A DNA stretch of 64,000 bases from Balanoglossus misakiensis. Lineage: Eukaryota > Animalia > Hemichordata. The stretch covers positions 6,947,129-7,011,128 of the forward strand of contig CM082576.2 of NCBI GenBank assembly GCA_040954595.2, in the 5' to 3' direction. This document shows, piece after piece, positions 57,501 to 64,000 of the stretch. The notes under the pieces were generated by a model, which was not told the origin of the DNA, ran no database searches, and saw nothing but the letters and a program-made list of their open reading frames with translations. The translations under genes were made by a program, and so were the position numbers. The number at the start of each line of letters is the position of its first letter. The first letter of the stretch is position 1.

Positions 57501-60500
57501 CAGCCTCTGGATTTATTGGTTTATTCAAAAATCAGCCATTTTGTGGAATCCTATCCAATACTAGCGCTGATTTAAATACCTTTTCGTTTCTGCAGGTTGG
57601 TCTGGAGATAGCAGTGAGGTATGGGCTGAAGTAAGTATCACAGGCCATGTTGAATCGTGTCTGGTAGTGTGAACATTTTTCTTGGTTTGCATTGTTATTG
57701 TTGAGTCAAAGTGAGAAAAAGAATCAACATACATGTACTGTCTTCATTATACCGGTACACTGCATCATTGGAGTGGCTTGTGGCAGCTGCAATAATGAAG
57801 AAAAAAAAAAAAAAATTAAATCATGAAAGTCTGTGAAAAAGATGCTTGACACTCTTTACTAATAAATCATTTTTAACTCTGGCGTTTTTACACTCTCAGG
57901 CGCCAACAATTTGGTCCTGCCAATGGACCTGAGTATGCCATATTGGACTATCAAACCCAGCAAGTCAGACTTATGCCTCATTTGGCCACATGTCTGGGTC
58001 TCTTATTTGCTCAAAGGTAAGGTATAAAAATTACCCTGTATTTAGAGCCAGCTGTGTGATTTTAGTATGTAGACTTGGCATTGGAAAATCTCAAAACTTA
58101 TTAAACACTGTGGAAATTGAAAAAAAAACACCTTTGGTTTGCACAACCAGAACAAACCACGCTAAATGTTTAATGTAGGCCAGGGCATGTAATGTTTAAC
58201 AGTCAAAGTACATTTATGTACTGTGTTTCGTTTGTAACCACAACACGAACAAAACCTAATAAAAGTTGAATGGGTCAGTCACCCACCATAAAGTGTTGGA
58301 GAGATTGAAAACAAAAATTCCATTGTACCAAGACCATCTCTCAGAGCCCTACAGCCTATGTAATACAGTGTATTGGTAAATTCAGAAATCCAGTGACAAA
58401 GATATGGCAAGTGAACTATCCGGTATATCAAACTTATAAACAAGTTGATAAAAGTTGTGTTTTTTGGCTAATGATAGATTGCAAACTTCTATTCATCTAA
58501 TTTTAGTTCCCAAGTGTTTTTGTCTTTGTTTCAAAGGAGGCTCTTGTATAGAATTTATTGCCCCAACTTTTGACATATTTAGGGTCATTTAGAGTTATTT
58601 ACCTGCGATAATGTGGTGAATTTATCATTTAGATGTGAGTCTTGCACAATTCTGGGATGAGTCATACTTTTTCTTGTTTCATAGAGACATGATTGTGTTT
58701 TGTGTTCTTCACAACAAATGTCATGGAGAGAAAACGAAACATGTTAATGTTATAGACTTGACCCAAATGCTGATAGTAATAAAACTCTAATACTGCAAAT
58801 CACTCAGTCATACAGGACTTTGAATCGGTATCAGGGCTGTAGGAGTTAGGGTTGGAGTAAGTGTTTGGAGGTGGGTGGGATGAAGATAGATGACAAGTAC
58901 CATACTTGTACCTGGTATTTTTTTTATTCACCTCAGCTGCAGTGTCTATAAATGCCCAACACCCTCCAGCATAATAGAATGGTACCAGGTTGCCAGTATT
59001 TACATGTACTTTATCAACTGGACACATGTACCCTCGGTATATACAGCAGGATGTGTATACAGCAAGCCTTGTTAACATTTTATGTTGAATGGAAGCCTGC
59101 ATGGTCGGCATCACACATTTTAGGGCTGTGTTGACAAACAGAATGCTAGTCATAGAAGCATAACTCTGGGCAGTTTAATGTGATGTTGGAAGAAGTAATA
59201 AAAGTGCCTATAATGCATTCTGAACTATGTGAGAATACTATCTCCAGCAAGTTTCAGCACATAAAGTACACATGTCCAACTTTTTCGGCATTGTCACCAC
59301 TGTTCAGAGAGACCCTATTAAACAGGTTATGTCAGAGCAAATTGGAAATGTGATAAAATGTAACGACATATTGTTTGCCATGATGTACATTACATTAGCA
59401 GTTACACTAATTTGCTCCTCCTTTGCATTGCTAACAATTAAGTGCTTCCTATGGGTCCCATACCCGCAGCCACAGAAAGAATGACATCCATCTTTTAAAT
59501 GTTTGAGAGGATAGAATTCTGTCAGGACAGGAGAGAGAGAGAGAGAGGGGGGGGGAGGGGGAGGGGGAGAGGGAGAGAGAGTTTGCAAGGTTATATTGCA
59601 TCAAATTCAGTTGCTGTGGAAACTCGCAAAACATGTCTCAACCTTTGAAGTTGTCTGTTCTTCCAGATATGCAGGTGAAATCATGGATAAAGAATACAAC
59701 GAGAAGAAAGAACTGCTGGACAACAGATATTTACAAGCGCTGACGTCAGGATTGAAGGCCTACAGTACGTGGGAGAACCTCAAGTGTTTGCAAACCTGCA
59801 GAGAGCTGTGTGGTGGCATGGTGAGTTTTGTCACGTGACTGTAGTCCAAGCTCGAATGGTGGCACGATGCGATGTCACCATCAAGTTAGACGTGTGTTGA
59901 TCCAATCTCCATGGGATCATGGTTGCATGATGTCACCATCAAGTTAGATGTGTTTTGATCCATGGTTGCACGATGTCAATAGCAGGTTCAATTTGTGTTG
60001 AGCCAGTCTCCGGCCATGGTGGCACGATTTCACCATCATTTCATCTAGTTTGTTGTGTGTTATCATCCAGTCTCCATGGTTGCATGGATGTCAACATCAA
60101 GTTAGATGTGTGTTGATCCAGTCTCCATGGTTGCATGATGTCAACAGCAGGTTCAATTTGTGTTGATCCAGTCTCCATGGGACCAGTCACCATGGTTGCA
60201 TGATGTCGTCATCATCAAGTTTGTTGTGTGTTGACTAGGTATCCATGCCTTGGGTTATTTTGTTTTTATAAGTCTCACTGACATTTCAAATACTCAGAAT
60301 AATTTACTGCAGTTGGGTCCATTGCAACGTATTATCCTTTAGACCCAAAGCAAAATTCTGTCCTGAGCAGACAATGCAGAACTTATGCACATGTATAATA
60401 CTGGTATTAAACTAAATATTTTACTGTCAGTGATGATGTTTGAAGCACTGAATGTATTCAAGTCTGGACTTAAATCCAGAATCAGCAATAATTAAAAACA

Positions 60501-63500
60501 CACCTGGCATATTGATAACCAGATTCTGGGTATTCTGTAGGGAGTCAAACAAGACACTGCGTGCAGTTGGTAAGCAGATCAAAAATGTAGAAAGATCGTT
60601 TGAGTTTCACTGTCTTGTTGTTTGTAACAACCCTTCTCAAGGAATTCCCACAAAATATAATGACATTCAATGTCATAAAATGTCAGACATTTTATGAAAA
60701 GCAGCTGTTTTACATGGATTTCCAGGTGACAACCAACATCAGTAAATATCAAATGCATGAATATCAGCTTCTGAAAAACAACCAAAGAAATAAATTCCCC
60801 ATATAATGCATATAGAATTGTTTTGCGTTGTTCAGATCATCCTGCTTGTGGCTTGTATTGGGTGTGTTGGTGTTTGTTTGTACCTTGTTTTTGTTTTCTT
60901 TTGTTGCTTAGGGATACATGGCAGAGAATCGCCTTGCCGGCTTGAAAACCGACTCTGATGTGTTTGTGACGTTTGATGGCGATAATACAGTATTGATGCA
61001 GGTGAGAGATCCTTCAAACCTCAGGGCATTTCTCCTCAATTCAGAAATACTACAGATTTCCTCCAAAACTTTCAATAATTCTTCTGGAAACAAATCACTA
61101 GAAATTTGTGTCACCGAGACAAAAGTATGCAATGGTATTTCAGAGAATTAGAAGATGATAAAAATACCTGTTTGAATTCTAATATTTGCAATTTTTGTGT
61201 CCCAAATGACCTATATCTGCAAAGTTTACGTGAACTGACTTGGTATAATGGCCGGCCTATGTCTTCCACCCACACAGATAATAAAGTCTGGACCTGTATC
61301 GACTTGCAAATTCACTTTGTTTGTTTGCATTGCATTTTGTTAAACCTAAGAAATAGTTCTGTTGTGCTGAAAGAAAAAGTTATATCGGTCTTCCTCAGAA
61401 AAATGCTGCTACCACTGTGTGTGTGTGTGTAAACACGATAAACCATCAACTTCTGAGATTTTGGCACAAAATATTATGATGTTATCTGTACTGCTTTCCG
61501 AATGTGAAGTGAGCCAAGACTACTCCATATTTTTCAATTTACAAAACATTATAAACTAATAATGTGAAATGCATTTAAGTTCTTACATGTAACTGGTTAT
61601 AGATTTAACTGTTTCTGTGTAAGATAATTCTTCATCTCCATAATTGCTGTTTTTATATGGGACTTTTGTCAAAACTAGTTCAGTTATGAGGGGGCAATAT
61701 ATATTGTGACTAACTTTTATGGCAGAAATCATTTTTATTAAACTAAAAAACAAGTGTTTTTTTCTCTCAAAGTTTTGATAGAATTGATAGCAATTGTAAT
61801 TTGGCAATTAACCAGTCAATTTGTTACCCTCATGAAACATCTTTTTTGTCTCAAACAGCAAGTGGCACGTGAGATTTTAGACCATTACAGCCAACAGTTT
61901 GGCGGGAGCAGGATGAAAGGAATGCTGACATTTATTGGGGGTGGACTCTGGAACTCGCTGCAGACAAGGTAAGTACGTTACAAAGTCCGATTCTCCCACG
62001 CCTTATACTAAAAGAATTTTACGACTTTGGTGCACAGATGATGCCATTGTATTACCGGTATACATTTTTATAAAGATCCCCAAAATATTTTTTATAGCAG
62101 TCTCTGTTTCAATCTCCATGAGTAGTCAATAGATTTCATGTCCTGCTTCCCAGAAGAAAACGAAAATGGGATTCACGCCGTTGTTTCTGTTGTATTTCGT
62201 GATTATGAAAGTTGAAGCTGATTATATTATATCAGGCTTCGCAGGTGGTCTTCCTGTAGCTCAGTGAGGTTGTAATCTATCCTGTAAATTATGAATTGAA
62301 TGTGACTGTCTTTGCATGTCGTGTTGTTGTGGTTTTTCCCCACATCATTTGATACCCGCTGTTCGATGAAAAGGTGTAAAATAAAACAGGATATAAAAAG
62401 TACTCACAAATATAAACAGCGGACTTTAGGATAGGATTATGGGTTGGTGTGAAAAATCAGTGACGGCATCGTGTTATTTGATATATTTTCCTTCCTTCTC
62501 TTGATAGCATGTTTGCTGTGAACATCCATCCTGTGACTGATGTGCAGTTCATCCTGAAAGCATTGACGTTCCGGGAAGGGAAGCAGCTCAGAACGCTCGC
62601 TGCAAGATTATTAAACAAGGTATTTCTCACTGGGGCCCAAGAACAAGAAAGTCAGAATTTCTGAGATCACCCTGACCATTCAAAATTTTGCAGGAGCCTT
62701 CTAGACTGGATGAATGACGTTTATTCTTTCATCCAGACATAGTCCTAGGGAGACCTGTAGATTGGACCCTGTCCATCAAGCTGTCTTTTCAATTGTCTGT
62801 CTGTCTGTCCATTGGTCAACCTGCCTGTCCGTGTTTTTTTCATTTTTGTCACAAAATGGGTGTGTAGTATACAGAGGTTGCAGTGGACTGACTCAGATGT
62901 GGCCAGCTATTCTGCTCACGTTCTTTGCCTCTTTCCCTTTCACTCTGTCTTTGGTGCAGGTATCAACAAAAAAAGAAGAACCATTCAGTGCTTGGAATTC
63001 ATGTCAACAACATGCCGTTACCATGGGAATGAGCTTTGTTCAGAGAGGTATAGACTGACTCTCCACTGTTCCCTTTATGTTGAAGTTTCTGATTTACTGA
63101 AAGTGTATTTAGTTACTTTCTTTTCTGGGTATTCAGTCTTAACACAGGATAGATACATGTACATTACAAGTTGGTTCATATGGTTGGTTGTATTTTTCAG
63201 CTATTACCCTCCATTTCTATAGGTCATATATGATTAATACTTCACCAGTAAGTGGATGTCGATGATTAATACCATTTATTAAAATATCAGTTTTGTGATA
63301 ATATTAATCCATCACCTTTCTACATACTTTACAGTTGTTCTTCAACAGTTTATGCTGGCTGTGGAAAAATGCCAATACAAGGGAGACAAGGAAATTTTAA
63401 GGAAGGTGAGAAAAACATGTAGAATCCATTTTTGAGCATCATATTAATAATGTTGCTATGGTTATGTTCATTATTATTTTGCAGTAGTCATATTTAGTAA

Positions 63501-63771
63501 GATATTTATTGTCTTCTAAAATATAAAAAAAAAATAATAAATTGACATTTTTCAAAACAGAATAAAGTTGACAAAAGTCGTAGCTAATGGAGCTTTAGAA
63601 ACCCACTTCACTGTGAGTGTTTCCATAGGAAAGTCTCTGACATGTAAAGTTGTTTTTTTTCGACTTCAGTTCTGCAGGTTGTATGCCCTCCATTGTCTCC
63701 ACACAGACAGAGGTTGGTTCCTAGAGCAAGGCTTTATTTCACCGTCTCACACAAAAGAAATACGTGACATG
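54528..63771 (+). CDS. ACOXL: Acyl-CoA oxidase-like protein, 3' end beyond the window; exons 54528-54658, 55093-55189, [55494-55577 or 55732-55815], 56171-56257, 56474-56771, 57265-57470, 57596-57630, 57900-58016, 59667-59820, 60912-61001, 61859-61968, 62508-62619, 62960-63047, 63335-63405, 63670-63771
   Basis: [95 protein letters not shown]. Resembles vertebrate ACOXL rather than ACOX1 or ACOX3. Confidence 0.88.
59857..60247. repeat. Degenerate ~50-bp minisatellite, ~7 copies, in an ACOXL intron
   Basis: Recurrent CATGGTTGCATGATGTCAnCATCAAGTTAGATGTGTGTTGATCCAGTCTC. Confidence 0.85.
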
Positions 63772-64000
63772 GTAAGTCAACAAGAAATGATAAATGGCTG
63801 CAGCCAGACATATCCATCAAAAATTTAAAATGCAACATTACCTAAACAAAGGCCTGTGTATACCGGTAACATATATTATGATGATCTTCCATTGTTTTAA
63901 CAATCTGTTTCCTATTTTATTTTGGGGTTTCCTTCCTGTGATTATATTAAACATGGCCCTGTGTCCTCTCAAGTTTCGAATGAGTCCTCATCACACCATT

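Overview
Intron-rich animal genomic DNA, probably a marine invertebrate (taxon cannot be established from the sequence). Spliced genes rebuilt by hand from splice signals and phases: MRPL14 (+), a class A peptide-type GPCR (-), a TMEM72/Flower-family membrane protein (+), an IU-family nucleoside hydrolase (+), two tandem ACOT/BAAT-family thioesterases ending in SKL (-), THUMPD2 (+) and ACOXL (+, runs off the window). The dominant non-genic structure is a ~22.7 kb near-spacerless palindrome (15781-38468). Each ~4 kb arm carries an inward-facing Pol II-like promoter, strand-biased splice signals and a 134-bp tandem array. The arms converge on an 87-bp satellite that flips strand at ~20340, with ~4 copies on the left and ~163 on the right, including higher-order duplications. 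The whole palindrome is bracketed by a ~0.8 kb direct duplication of the TMEM72-like 3' region. Other notable items: a pair of 84-nt paralogous, probably mutually exclusive exons in ACOXL, DR1 nuclear-receptor elements near the lipid genes, and a TTAA MITE whose empty site is preserved in the paralogous gene. Identity estimates are by eye.
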